From Pseudomonadota bacterium (GTDB lineage: Bacteria; Bdellovibrionota_B; Oligoflexia; Oligoflexales; RGVZ01), in the NCBI GenBank assembly GCA_041178085.1, contig JBEGVZ010000043.1:1-64000 (forward strand): 64,000 nt of DNA, read 5' to 3'. How positions within the stretch are numbered: the stretch's first letter is position 1; each line of letters opens with the position of its first letter. The position numbers and the translations under genes are program-made. Below are positions 36,875-46,375 of this stretch, piece by piece. The notes under the pieces are model-generated. The model worked only from the letters and a program-made list of their open reading frames with translations, was not told where the DNA came from and did not search any database.

Positions 36875-38461
36875 ATGAAGTTTCCATCGAATCGACAGAT
36901 GTTTGCCGCGCTACTTAAGCCGGTGACTACTATCTCTGCTCTGCTGCTCGGCGGAAATGGCCTTGCATCACCCCCGCCCCAGCGAGCTGAGGACAAGATC
37001 GCCAATGCAGAATTCAGGGTATGGACCAGCGACGACGATAATTTGCCCGCTTTGGAGCGTGAGATCGCACGCAAAATTCAAATTGCACCCGACTCATCTT
37101 ACGGACATTTCCTGCTTTCTCATGTCTACCTGCGAATGTTTGCAAACAACCCACAGGACACGGAATCACTTCGCGTGTCGGGAGAACTTGCGACTCAGGC
37201 GCTCGAACTGGACCCGGAAGCAGAGTACGGATATGTGGCAATGGCAGACGTCCTGGAAGCTCTGGGGCAGACCAACAAGGCAATCGCCGTGCTACGCGAA
37301 GGTCAGAAACGCACGGATGGATGGCGGATAAAGTTTACACAGGCAAGGCTTTCTGCAGATCGCAGCAATGCCGAAACAACCAGTGAACTTCTTGTTTCGG
37401 CCATCAAGACGCAAGGAAGTCTTCAGAGGGTCATCGCTCCCTACATGGTGATCCTGGCGCAGACTGATGGAAACTCTCCTGCCATCGTTGAATCCATGCT
37501 AGCCCGCTGGCACGAACAGTTCCCAGAAGCGGGTTTTGATGACTCACTGGCATCTTTCCTGGCAGAAAAAGGTGACCACGAGAAGGCACATAGAATTTAC
37601 CAGTCCATCCATCAGTTTCAATCCACAGCAAAAAAGTCGAACAAGTGGCTCGCCAACCCAGAAGCGCTTTTTAGTGATTCACTCCTGTGTTACCGGAAGC
37701 TTGACAAGTCCAAGGTCGCCATTCGCCAGCTGCAAGCCCTTCGCGATGCCATAAGATCCGGGAGGATCCCCGGGCGCGACATGAGTGCCAAGCTTCCTGC
37801 GCTCGTCGACATACACCTGGCTGCTGCGCAATTGCGTATGAAAAACCATAAAGAGGCGCACTCTTTGATCTCTGAAGCTCTGGCCAAAGTCCCGGACCAA
37901 GGCCCAGCAGTGGAATTCCTGTTCAAGGAGTATCGGAACGCAGGCGCGTTCCGGGAACTGATCCAACTCTTTGCTGATTTGGTCGACAGTGGAACCATCA
38001 ACGGTTCCTCGAGGAACGTTCATCTCGGGATGATCCACGCATTCATGGCGGAGGTTTTCTCGGAAAAGATTGGCAACCAGTTCGAAGCTGAAAACTATTA
38101 CCGGCGAGCCATCGCACTCGAGCCGACAAGGAGTGAATACTATAACGGCCTCGGCCTTGCGCTGTACCGCCGTTCAGACATGAAGGCAGCCCTGGGCGAA
38201 TTCACCAAAGCGGCGGAGATTGATCCAGGTGACGCTTCAGCGCGCTACAACGAGGCGTGTGCTCTGGCCCTTCTTGGTAGACAGGAAGAAGCACTGGTCT
38301 CGCTCCGTGAAGCCATCCAGCTTGAACCGCGGCTTTCCGAGCAGGCGCGGATCGACAAAGACTTTGCGTCGATCAGTGCCTCCAACGGCTTTCAGGAAAT
38401 CCTTGCCTCCGAAACCGTCATGGAAGAGGGAGTCAGTACCGCATGGTCGCCAGAACCTTAA
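36875..38461 (+). CDS. Exported tetratricopeptide repeat protein
   Basis: Signal-like N-terminus and multiple TPRs (YYRRAIALEP..YYNGLGLAL; ARYNEACALALLG). Confidence 0.85.
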   Translation: MKFPSNRQMFAALLKPVTTISALLLGGNGLASPPPQRAEDKIANAEFRVWTSDDDNLPALEREIARKIQIAPDSSYGHFLLSHVYLRMFANNPQDTESLRVSGELATQALELDPEAEYGYVAMADVLEALGQTNKAIAVLREGQKRTDGWRIKFTQARLSADRSNAETTSELLVSAIKTQGSLQRVIAPYMVILAQTDGNSPAIVESMLARWHEQFPEAGFDDSLASFLAEKGDHEKAHRIYQSIHQFQSTAKKSNKWLANPEALFSDSLLCYRKLDKSKVAIRQLQALRDAIRSGRIPGRDMSAKLPALVDIHLAAAQLRMKNHKEAHSLISEALAKVPDQGPAVEFLFKEYRNAGAFRELIQLFADLVDSGTINGSSRNVHLGMIHAFMAEVFSEKIGNQFEAENYYRRAIALEPTRSEYYNGLGLALYRRSDMKAALGEFTKAAEIDPGDASARYNEACALALLGRQEEALVSLREAIQLEPRLSEQARIDKDFASISASNGFQEILASETVMEEGVSTAWSPEP

Positions 38462-38462
38462 G

Positions 38463-39665
38463 CTACCATGTGCTCCGTTCATAAAGCAGGACTGGCCCGA
38501 CTGCGGACTTGTAACCTGAAATGCCTTCGTGCCAGAACGGATCGCCCAAAGAGAACGTGGAATCCATGAATTTGCGATCAGCAACCTGGGAGCCGATGAT
38601 CAACTTCATGGGCAAGGTGACGAGGTCGTATTCATAGGGTGGATCTTTCCAGGCAAACTGCCCTTCCCCCAGCTCGATGCAAGCGCGCACGAGCGCAACA
38701 GCAAAATCGAAGCTTCTTGTGGCATGGGGATCCAGGACATGCACTTGGATTCCACGACAAACTTGCCTTGCCCATTTGCCTGATGTGGGTTCGAAGGCAG
38801 CGTCCCGCAAATGCAGGCCCGGCGGATCTTCGTGAGCTTTGAGGCCCATGATTTTCCGGATGCGGGCAGCAAGTTCTCCGTGAGTCTTGATAAAAGGTGC
38901 GCCACAGAACTGGAAGGGAAGACCTGTGCCCCTGCCCTCTGAGATGTTCGTCCCTTCAAGGATCACCAAACCAGGGTATACGTAGACCGGGTCAACGGTT
39001 GGTAGATTTGGGGAGGTCAAGACCCATGGCCTGCCAAGATCACACCAATGGCTGGCAGGATTCCAGCCTTCCAACTTGACGACTTCAAGATCTGCCTTGA
39101 TCGATCTATTGAAAAAACGAGCAGCCTCAGCCGCTGTCAACCCATGACGCATGGGAATCGGAAATTCACCAACAAAGGAGGTCGCATCCATGTCCAGGAC
39201 TCGACCCTCCAGGATCTCTCCACCAATTGGATTGGGACGATCCAGTATGACCACCCGCTTGCCATGCCTTGCAGCAGCGCGAAGACAAGCCGCTATGGTT
39301 GCCTTCCAGGTGTAAATACGGCAACCAACAACCTGCAAATCAATGATCAGGGTATCGAGACCATCCAGCATTTCAGCCGTCGGCTCACGGGTTTCGGAAT
39401 ACAAGCTGTAAATGGGAATTCCGCTGCGCCCATCCCTCTGGTGGGAGGTCTCGATCATGTTGTCCTGGGCTGTCCCATAAAATCCATGTTGTGGTCCGAA
39501 CAAGGCAGACAGACCGCGACCATTCAGATCCTTGAGGGCTTCCCAGGCAGGAATAAAATCCTTTGTAACGGAAGCCTGATTGCACAAAAGGGCACAGCGA
39601 CCCCAGCCACGAGCGATCTGCGGCCTGGCAAGCAAAGCCTCCAGGCCAGTCAAAAATGATGACAT
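38463..39665 (-). CDS. namZ: Exo-beta-N-acetylmuramidase NamZ family (DUF1343) protein
   Basis: LFGPQHG, YSLYS, DLQVVGCRIYT, LDRPNPIGG, TSPNLP, SEGRGT..PF. Confidence 0.88.
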   Translation of the reverse strand: MSSFLTGLEALLARPQIARGWGRCALLCNQASVTKDFIPAWEALKDLNGRGLSALFGPQHGFYGTAQDNMIETSHQRDGRSGIPIYSLYSETREPTAEMLDGLDTLIIDLQVVGCRIYTWKATIAACLRAAARHGKRVVILDRPNPIGGEILEGRVLDMDATSFVGEFPIPMRHGLTAAEAARFFNRSIKADLEVVKLEGWNPASHWCDLGRPWVLTSPNLPTVDPVYVYPGLVILEGTNISEGRGTGLPFQFCGAPFIKTHGELAARIRKIMGLKAHEDPPGLHLRDAAFEPTSGKWARQVCRGIQVHVLDPHATRSFDFAVALVRACIELGEGQFAWKDPPYEYDLVTLPMKLIIGSQVADRKFMDSTFSLGDPFWHEGISGYKSAVGPVLLYERSTW

Positions 39666-39686
39666 GATGGACTGCCTTTAATCAGC

Positions 39687-39986
39687 TCAGGTGTGGCGAC
39701 CCTGGATGCGCTCAATCAGGCCGACCAGACACTCGTTCAGCGTGCGACCGCTAACAGACTCAACAAAAGTGTTGCGATCGGCCGAGTGCTCGCCGTGTCC
39801 GGTGAATGAGCCATCTGAATACTCATCAATTTCAAGATGGTAAGTGCTGCCCTTCACCATGAAGGTAAAGGTGTGCGACTTGAAAAGTTTTGCCCCAGGG
39901 GGAACCTTGATGTTTTTCCATTCCACTTGCCATTCTCCCGCAGGTCTATTGACCGGCTGCTCGAAGTCCTGAGGAGATTCTAGCAT
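39687..39986 (-). CDS. Hypothetical protein (99 aa)
   Basis: ORF fills the gap between co-oriented genes and has protein-like composition. Confidence 0.65.
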   Translation of the reverse strand: MLESPQDFEQPVNRPAGEWQVEWKNIKVPPGAKLFKSHTFTFMVKGSTYHLEIDEYSDGSFTGHGEHSADRNTFVESVSGRTLNECLVGLIERIQGRHT

Positions 39987-40003
39987 GCACAGTGATGGGG
40001 ATG

Positions 40004-40426
40004 CTATGCGGCGCCCTCTGAACCCTCGCTCGCCTGGCTGGCCTGGCGCTGTTGTTCCGCGTAAAGCTTGTCAAGAAACCCACGCAGGACGTTTTCAAAC
40101 TTGGCGTCAATCTGGACAATCTTGATGCCAATGCCCGGACCGGTTTCTTTTGACGCCGGATCCTCTGGCTGAACGACACGAGCCACCTTGCCGTTGAAAA
40201 AGATCGAAGTTCCGTCCGGGAAAGTTAAGCGGACCTCAAGGATGGAAGCTGGATTGAAGGGGAATCGTGACGGGCGGTCGTATTGCAGGAAAAAACCGGT
40301 TTGCGAAATGTTCCTGGTGGAAGTCTCGTAAGCCACCATGTCACCCATGGAGTTGATCGAGACTTGCAATGGATCCTTCAGGCGCATCCTTGCTGTGCGC
40401 CGGTTTTCCTTGGATGCTGCAGCCAT
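40004..40426 (-). CDS. PilZ domain protein (c-di-GMP receptor)
   Basis: RRTAR (RxxxR) and NISQTG (D/NxSxxG) motifs, GKVARV, GIGIKI; AGGAGG RBS before ATG 40426. Confidence 0.85.
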   Translation of the reverse strand: MAAASKENRRTARMRLKDPLQVSINSMGDMVAYETSTRNISQTGFFLQYDRPSRFPFNPASILEVRLTFPDGTSIFFNGKVARVVQPEDPASKETGPGIGIKIVQIDAKFENVLRGFLDKLYAEQQRQASQASEGSEGAA

Positions 40427-40551
40427 AAAAAAAACCTCCTGATCCTGGGCCTTCGTGTCGGCAGTCAGATCAGGAGGTTTACTCGCAAGAATCAAACCGG
40501 AAGCAAAAGGCCTGCAGTTCAGCAGTCTGAACAGCAGCTTGCGGCTCCCGA

Positions 40552-41655
40552 TCAGCCCCTCTTCCTGGAGGCAAGTTCGTCTTCGATCACGCGACGGAAA
40601 TCCGCGAACGGAACCGCACCGGGCAATTTCCGGCCATTGATGAAGAACGCGGGCGTACCATTCACACCCAAAGCCATCCCTGATTTCATGTTGGCATCAA
40701 TCTGGGCTTCGATTTCACCCGGGTTCTTGATGCATGCCTGCCACTGCTTCATGTCCACACCGGACTTCTTTGCATGCTGCTCAAGATCCGCGTCAGCCAG
40801 TTTTTGCTGGTTATCGAAGATGATCTTGTACATCTGCCAGTACTTGTTCTGCTTTCCTGCGCAGGTTGCCGCGATTGCTGCTGGGCGGGCACGGTCGTGG
40901 AAGCTGAGCGGGAAATCGCGGACGATCCACCTGGCCTTACCCTTGTATTCAGTCATGACCTGCTCTGCCGCTGCCAGTGTGCGCTTGCAGAACGGGCACT
41001 GAAATTCGGAGTACTCGACGATCGTGACAGGGCATTCGTTGCCTGCACAACCTTGCGGGGCAGTTGGATCAATGCCGTCTTTGATCGCGGCGTAACGCAC
41101 CTTGTCGTCACTATTGACGGTGATGTTGAAGACCGGCTCCTTGGGGGCTTGCACCATGATCACCAGCTCCTTGGACTTGCGGCCGGCGTCAACGATCTTC
41201 TCAATCGCTTCTTCTTCCTTGCGGCCCCGGAGGTGGTCTCTGACTTGCTTTTCCTGGTCCGCCTTTGGCATCTTGGAAAGCTGAGGGTGGTCCTTGAACT
41301 GCTCAAGAAAGGACTTTAATTCTGCGTCAGATACGACGGCGTTCTTCTCAAAGTGCTCTGCTTTGACCGCCGCCACCGACTTCTTGGCTTTCTTGGCTTC
41401 TTTCTCCCAGTAATACTCCAGGTACTTTTCGCGAGCCGCCTGCTCAACAAGGCCAAATTTTCTTTTCTCGAGTTCAAAGAACTCGCCCTCGTTGGCTTTC
41501 TTGACTTCCTTCATGGTCACGACTTTTCCGCCAACCTTGAATGCCGCGTCAGAGTCAGCGGCCAGAGCCGGGCGTACGGAAGTTAACAGCGCCAGTGTCA
41601 GGAACGGCAGCGAGAAGAATAGCTGGAATCGGGACAGTTTTTTTGTTCGGGTCAC
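40552..41655 (-). CDS. DsbA-family thioredoxin-fold protein with helical N-terminal domain
   Basis: IVEYSEFQCPFC, RDFPLSFH, GVNGTPAFFING; signal peptide; GTG start after AGGAG. Confidence 0.9.
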   Translation of the reverse strand: MTRTKKLSRFQLFFSLPFLTLALLTSVRPALAADSDAAFKVGGKVVTMKEVKKANEGEFFELEKRKFGLVEQAAREKYLEYYWEKEAKKAKKSVAAVKAEHFEKNAVVSDAELKSFLEQFKDHPQLSKMPKADQEKQVRDHLRGRKEEEAIEKIVDAGRKSKELVIMVQAPKEPVFNITVNSDDKVRYAAIKDGIDPTAPQGCAGNECPVTIVEYSEFQCPFCKRTLAAAEQVMTEYKGKARWIVRDFPLSFHDRARPAAIAATCAGKQNKYWQMYKIIFDNQQKLADADLEQHAKKSGVDMKQWQACIKNPGEIEAQIDANMKSGMALGVNGTPAFFINGRKLPGAVPFADFRRVIEDELASRKRG

Positions 41656-41896
41656 CGGAATTACTCCTGTAGCTAAAACTTGATGAAAGAGCGCAACACC
41701 CAGCATAGTATCAGGAGTCTCGGACCTTTCTAGCCTAAAACTTGCCCGTCCCACCCTGAGCAACCGACCCTCAACCCGCCAATGAAACCCGGGAAGATCT
41801 CGTTTTTTTGGTTTTTGCCAAAAAAAAATTTCTAAAAATGAAACCGCATTTGCCGACTCCTCCTGTGCCCGGCTTGCTGGGCAAGGAGGCAAAATT

Positions 41897-42670
41897 TTGA
41901 ACAGGCTCCTGAAAATTCAGGCACTCACATTGGCCCTGCTAGGGACCCCTTGCACGGAACTGTACGCTCAAAGCGCCCCCAGTTGTACCGGGATCCCGGT
42001 TGACGACCCGGCCCCCCCGGTTCTTGTTTGCGAGTTCCCGGATCGCTACCTCTTCCGCATCGCCGGTGAACAGCACGTTTATGACAAGGCCGAATGGCGT
42101 GCGCGCGCCCGCAGACTCATAACGGACTATGGCGAGGGTGCGGGAATCCCCGCATCAAGCATGGCTGATGGACATGTTACCTTCTGGCTTTCTGTGCCGG
42201 AATCCGCGCCTGGGGACGCCCATGGGCGGGCCATCGTGACCGCTGGAAAGCACACCTTTGTCGTCAACCTTCCCATCGGGCTCGACCTCGACCTGGTATC
42301 GCGCCAGCAGGTGGCAGATCTGGACACTAAGGAGTATCCGCAATATCTGGGCCATCGCGTCGGCTCGATTCTGGTCAAAAAAGCTGGGGGATCCAGCGAA
42401 CAGGAATTCACCCGCTACCTTCAGCAGTGCGGGGCCACCGGCATGGGGGAAACAGCCGGAGGATGGACAAGCGTCTTGACGAGGGATTTTGATGAAAACC
42501 GGGTCTTGCGCAACCTGACCAAAGATCCACATGGAAAACAGCACGTAGCCGGTGCTACCCTCAACACCATATTTGAATGGATCGCCTGGCGGGAGCCTGT
42601 CTTCGAGTTTTCCCTCGGAGAAAATCCGGTTCATGTCGAACCAGTGACCCAGGCGGATGACGGGAATTGA
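41897..42670 (+). CDS. Hypothetical exported protein
   Basis: AAGGAGG RBS with TTG start, signal-peptide-like N-terminus; ends 3 bp before orn. Confidence 0.7.
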   Translation: MNRLLKIQALTLALLGTPCTELYAQSAPSCTGIPVDDPAPPVLVCEFPDRYLFRIAGEQHVYDKAEWRARARRLITDYGEGAGIPASSMADGHVTFWLSVPESAPGDAHGRAIVTAGKHTFVVNLPIGLDLDLVSRQQVADLDTKEYPQYLGHRVGSILVKKAGGSSEQEFTRYLQQCGATGMGETAGGWTSVLTRDFDENRVLRNLTKDPHGKQHVAGATLNTIFEWIAWREPVFEFSLGENPVHVEPVTQADDGN

Positions 42671-42673
42671 CTG

Positions 42674-43246
42674 ATGAACGACGCCCAGAAGCCGACCGCC
42701 GAATCGCACTCCCCGCTTGTCTGGATCGACATGGAGATGAGCGGCCTCGACCCGGAAAAGGATGTCATCCTTGAGGTCGCAACCATAATCACCAACGAGG
42801 CCCTTGAGGTCATTGCAGAAGGTCCAGACTTTGTCTTGTCCCACAACCTGGAACGACTCAAGTCCATGGACGACTGGAACCGGGAGCATCACAAGAAGTC
42901 TGGCCTCTGGGATGCGGTGCTCGCTTCACAGGTTTCCCTGGCCGAGGCCGAGGAGAAGACCCTGGACTTCATCCGCCAACACACACAGCCGCGGAAAAGC
43001 CCTTTGTGCGGCAACTCGATCTGGCAAGATCGCCGTTTTATTTCACGCTACATGCGCCAGATTGACCACCACCTGCACTACCGCATGATCGATGTCAGCA
43101 CCGTCAAGGAGCTGGCCCGCAGGTGGCATCCTTCCATTCTTGATAAAAAAACAAAAAAATCTGGAAACCACCGTGCTCTTGACGACATACGGGAGAGCAT
43201 CGAAGAACTGCGATACTACAAAGACCACCTATTTGTTAAACTGTGA
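42674..43246 (+). CDS. orn: Oligoribonuclease
   Basis: LVWIDMEMSGLD, HKKSGL, LCGNSIWQDRRF, LHYRMIDVSTVKELARRW, HRALDDIRESI. Confidence 0.97.
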   Translation: MNDAQKPTAESHSPLVWIDMEMSGLDPEKDVILEVATIITNEALEVIAEGPDFVLSHNLERLKSMDDWNREHHKKSGLWDAVLASQVSLAEAEEKTLDFIRQHTQPRKSPLCGNSIWQDRRFISRYMRQIDHHLHYRMIDVSTVKELARRWHPSILDKKTKKSGNHRALDDIRESIEELRYYKDHLFVKL

Positions 43247-43301
43247 AGTGGGGCTGGAATACGCCCCATGGACCAGCGGTCCAGGAAAGGAGGTGGTGCT
43301 C

Positions 43302-43349
43302 ATGGGTCAAGGTTGTTGTTCCTGTAGCACGGAGGTGACGGTCTTCTAA
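43302..43349 (+). CDS. Candidate 15-aa Cys-rich small peptide MGQGCCSCSTEVTVF
   Basis: Extended SD AAAGGAGGTG (43286-43295) lies 6 nt before the ATG; the ORF is embedded in a structured intergenic region. Confidence 0.4.
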   Translation: MGQGCCSCSTEVTVF

Positions 43350-43557
43350 ATGATTTGACCGTGCCTCCAGGTTCCAAGACCGGCCTCCCTCCTTTCGAGT
43401 TCGTGTTTGTGGGGGCCGGTTCCTCGATTCACCCGACCACTGCCTCCACCACCCTGAAACCCAAAATCCCAGCAAATTCCCGGCGAAGCTTGCGTTAGCG
43501 TCTTGCCAAGTTGAACAAAAACGGCAAAAACAGCAAGGACCACGGGAGAACCAGACA

Positions 43558-44904
43558 GTGAACAGGAACCATCAAAACCAGAGTGCCTCCGAATCGACAA
43601 TCCTATCGCCAATCGATTATCGCGCCCGCATGGAGCGTTGCCTTGAGCTGATTCCGGGTGGCGCGATGCTTGTCCTTTCCCAGCCTGCCGCCCTGCGCAA
43701 CAGCAACGTCGAACATCCGTACCGGCAAGATAGCGTGATGCATTACCTCACCGGGTTTGAAGAAGCGGAATCCGCAGTGCTTCTCCTGTCGAAGGGAGCG
43801 CCTGGGGAACGCATGATTCTTTTCTTGAGGGAGAAGGACGCACTCGCGGAATTGTGGGAAGGCCTTCGCCTTGGCACCGCGGCGGCGCCAGCAAAAATCG
43901 GGGTCGACAAGGCTTTCCCCATCAACCAGCTCTGGGAAATGTTGCCGAAGCTGCTCGGAGAATCCGAAACCCTTTATTATCATTTTGGCACCAGCCCCCA
44001 CGATGATGAACAAGTGATCCAGGCAGTGGCCAGGCACAAAAAACTGATCGGCCGGACGCGTGGCTGGCAACTGCCCGTGTTTGATTCCTGGGGAATTGCC
44101 GGGCAATTGCGCCTGCGCAAGACCGCCGTTGAAGTGGAACGCATGCGCGCTGCCGCAGCCATCACCCGGACCACATTCAACAAGATTTACGAGACCGTAC
44201 GCCCCGGCCAGAACGAGCGGGACGTACACGGCCTGATTCTTGGTGAGTTCCTGCGCAATGGCGGCGACATGGAGGCTTACGGTTCCATCGTTGCAGGGGG
44301 GGCAAATGCCTGTGTCCTGCACTACCGAAGCAACAACATGCCCCTTGCAGAAGGCCAGTTGCTGCTGGTCGATGCCGGCGCACAACTGCAATATTACGCT
44401 TCGGACGTAACGCGAACTTTCCCTGTTGGCAGGCGTTTCACTGCGGAGCAAAAGGCATTGTACGAGATTGTTCTGGCCGCCCAGGCCGCCGCACTGGAAA
44501 CAGCAAGGCCGGGCTCCACATTACCCGCAATTCATGAAGCTGGGCTTGATGTGCTCGTCGACGGACTACGCGAAATTCGACTCCTCGACGGGTCACGGGA
44601 TGAAATCAAAACGAAACAAACTTACAAGCGATTCTTCCCACACAACACCAGCCACTGGATCGGCATGGACGTCCATGATGTCGGGGACTACACCTTGGAA
44701 GGCAAGCCCCTGCCGCTGGAACCGGGAATGTACTTCAGCGTCGAGCCCGGACTTTACGTTGATCCGACCGACATGGCTGCACCGGAAAGTTTCAGAGGCA
44801 TTGGCATCCGGATCGAAGATGATGTCCTGATCACTGCGGCAGGACATGAGATCATTACGGCCGGGATTGCCAAATCTGTCGCTGAACTTGAGAACCGGTA
44901 TTGA
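43558..44904 (+). CDS. pepP: Xaa-Pro aminopeptidase
   Basis: YRQDS.MHYLTGF, LHY, LVDAG..YASDVTRTFP, HWIGMDVHD, VEPGLY, GIRIEDD. Confidence 0.95.
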   Translation: MNRNHQNQSASESTILSPIDYRARMERCLELIPGGAMLVLSQPAALRNSNVEHPYRQDSVMHYLTGFEEAESAVLLLSKGAPGERMILFLREKDALAELWEGLRLGTAAAPAKIGVDKAFPINQLWEMLPKLLGESETLYYHFGTSPHDDEQVIQAVARHKKLIGRTRGWQLPVFDSWGIAGQLRLRKTAVEVERMRAAAAITRTTFNKIYETVRPGQNERDVHGLILGEFLRNGGDMEAYGSIVAGGANACVLHYRSNNMPLAEGQLLLVDAGAQLQYYASDVTRTFPVGRRFTAEQKALYEIVLAAQAAALETARPGSTLPAIHEAGLDVLVDGLREIRLLDGSRDEIKTKQTYKRFFPHNTSHWIGMDVHDVGDYTLEGKPLPLEPGMYFSVEPGLYVDPTDMAAPESFRGIGIRIEDDVLITAAGHEIITAGIAKSVAELENRY

Positions 44905-46328
44905 TGACCGGAACCGCCAGGTTCGCCGGAAATCCGTGGTTCAAGACCGGCGCATGCTGGCTCGCCCTTTCAGCTCCTGCCATGGCAAGCCCGCGGGCCA
45001 GTCAGAATGGTCCATCGTTTATTCTCCAGACCGCTGCGCAAGATTCACCCCAGCGGCCTGCCCTGTCTGCCGCGGGGCTTCAGGCGTGGGTGAAGACGGA
45101 GCATGGATGGCAAGAGGTCCCCGTCCAGGTCGATGAGCGGGACAAGAACGGTGATTACGTCCTTGAAAATGGAATTCCTTTTACCGCGCACGGGGGCGAT
45201 GGCCTGCTCAACGGCAGCGATGAAATCGTCTTCGCGTTGCCAGCAGGCAGCATCGATTTTTCCCAAGATCAGGCGATAAAAAAATTGCAGCAGGCGGGCG
45301 CTGGCCTTGAGGGTCGCCGCGCCCTGACGGGCTGGACCGTAAACTTACTCAGCTCGACCTCGGGAGCCAGACAACGCTCATTCCAGGTCCTGATCACCAA
45401 CAATCCCCAATCGCGAAGCCTTCCCCGGCCGCAAGTGACCTTCGATCCAGCAGCACATACCGTGACCACCAGCTCGTACCGCTATACTTTCAATTCAACG
45501 AACCCCGCGGCCGTCGGGGAACTCTCTTTAACACGTTCCAGAACAGAGGGCGGATCAACCAAGGGACAACCGGAATTGCCTGCAGGCGGAATCAATCAGG
45601 GCGGTGGCTTCGCTGTATGGTTGCGACCGCCTTGGGGTTTCCCGGCCCTGCATCGAAGTGATCGTGACCTGAACGGCGCCATCGAAAGCTGGCGTGCGGG
45701 GCCTGTCAGAGCGATCGTGGCGGTGGGCAGCAGATATTCAGCCTTATGGAGCACGATCAACGCCCATTTATTCAGTGAACTGGTTTTCTACCGGGACCGC
45801 TTCCAGATTCCGTCGGTGATCGACATCACGTTTTCGCCTGATCGCCTTCTGGGTCATGGTAGTGGCTTCGCTTACGGCATGAAGCTGGCAAACTCAGAAA
45901 CCACCGGTATCCAGCTCAACAAGCGATTCCCTGGCGAGATCAGTGCCCGCCACCCTTCGGGCCTGGTCTTGAGGGCCAGGACGGATCCTGCACTTGTCGC
46001 GGCGGGGGTGGCGCCAGCGGTGTGGATCGACCCGGGGAAAACCATTTCTGGGAGGCAAAACGTCGGTGACCCGGAGCAGGATATTCCTGCGGAAGTAGCT
46101 GCCTGGTTTCGGCAAACTTCCGCAAACATAGGGTTTTTTGTGGACATCAGCCGGATGAAGAAAGGCCGCTACGATTTCTCCCTTGACTTGGAAAGCCAGG
46201 GTGAGGCAAACCTGCCCCATACTGATTTCCTGATCTGTAAGTCAGTCTGGACGCCGCTTGATTCCATGAAATCCGCCAAAACGGTCGCTCCAGTCCCGAA
46301 GCAAGAGTCTAAAGCGCAGCACAAATGA
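44901..46328 (+). CDS. Hypothetical exported protein
   Basis: Overlaps the pepP stop; signal peptide ending AMA; VPVQVDERDKNGD..DGLLNGSDEIVF acidic loop. Confidence 0.7.
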   Translation: MMTGTARFAGNPWFKTGACWLALSAPAMASPRASQNGPSFILQTAAQDSPQRPALSAAGLQAWVKTEHGWQEVPVQVDERDKNGDYVLENGIPFTAHGGDGLLNGSDEIVFALPAGSIDFSQDQAIKKLQQAGAGLEGRRALTGWTVNLLSSTSGARQRSFQVLITNNPQSRSLPRPQVTFDPAAHTVTTSSYRYTFNSTNPAAVGELSLTRSRTEGGSTKGQPELPAGGINQGGGFAVWLRPPWGFPALHRSDRDLNGAIESWRAGPVRAIVAVGSRYSALWSTINAHLFSELVFYRDRFQIPSVIDITFSPDRLLGHGSGFAYGMKLANSETTGIQLNKRFPGEISARHPSGLVLRARTDPALVAAGVAPAVWIDPGKTISGRQNVGDPEQDIPAEVAAWFRQTSANIGFFVDISRMKKGRYDFSLDLESQGEANLPHTDFLICKSVWTPLDSMKSAKTVAPVPKQESKAQHK

Positions 46329-46375
46329 AAGCCGGCACCCCACAGTGCCCGACACCAGGAAATCTGAGGTAATCC

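Noticed and set aside
41656..41892. N-terminal extension of the 446-aa DsbA ORF
   Set aside because: Runs through a homopolymer-rich promoter region; the real start is probably GTG 41655 with an AGGAG RBS and signal peptide.
43248..43453. Considered calling this region 6S RNA or a tRNA
   Set aside because: No cloverleaf or TTC-loop, and no single long rod with a central bubble visible by eye; left as an unassigned structured element.
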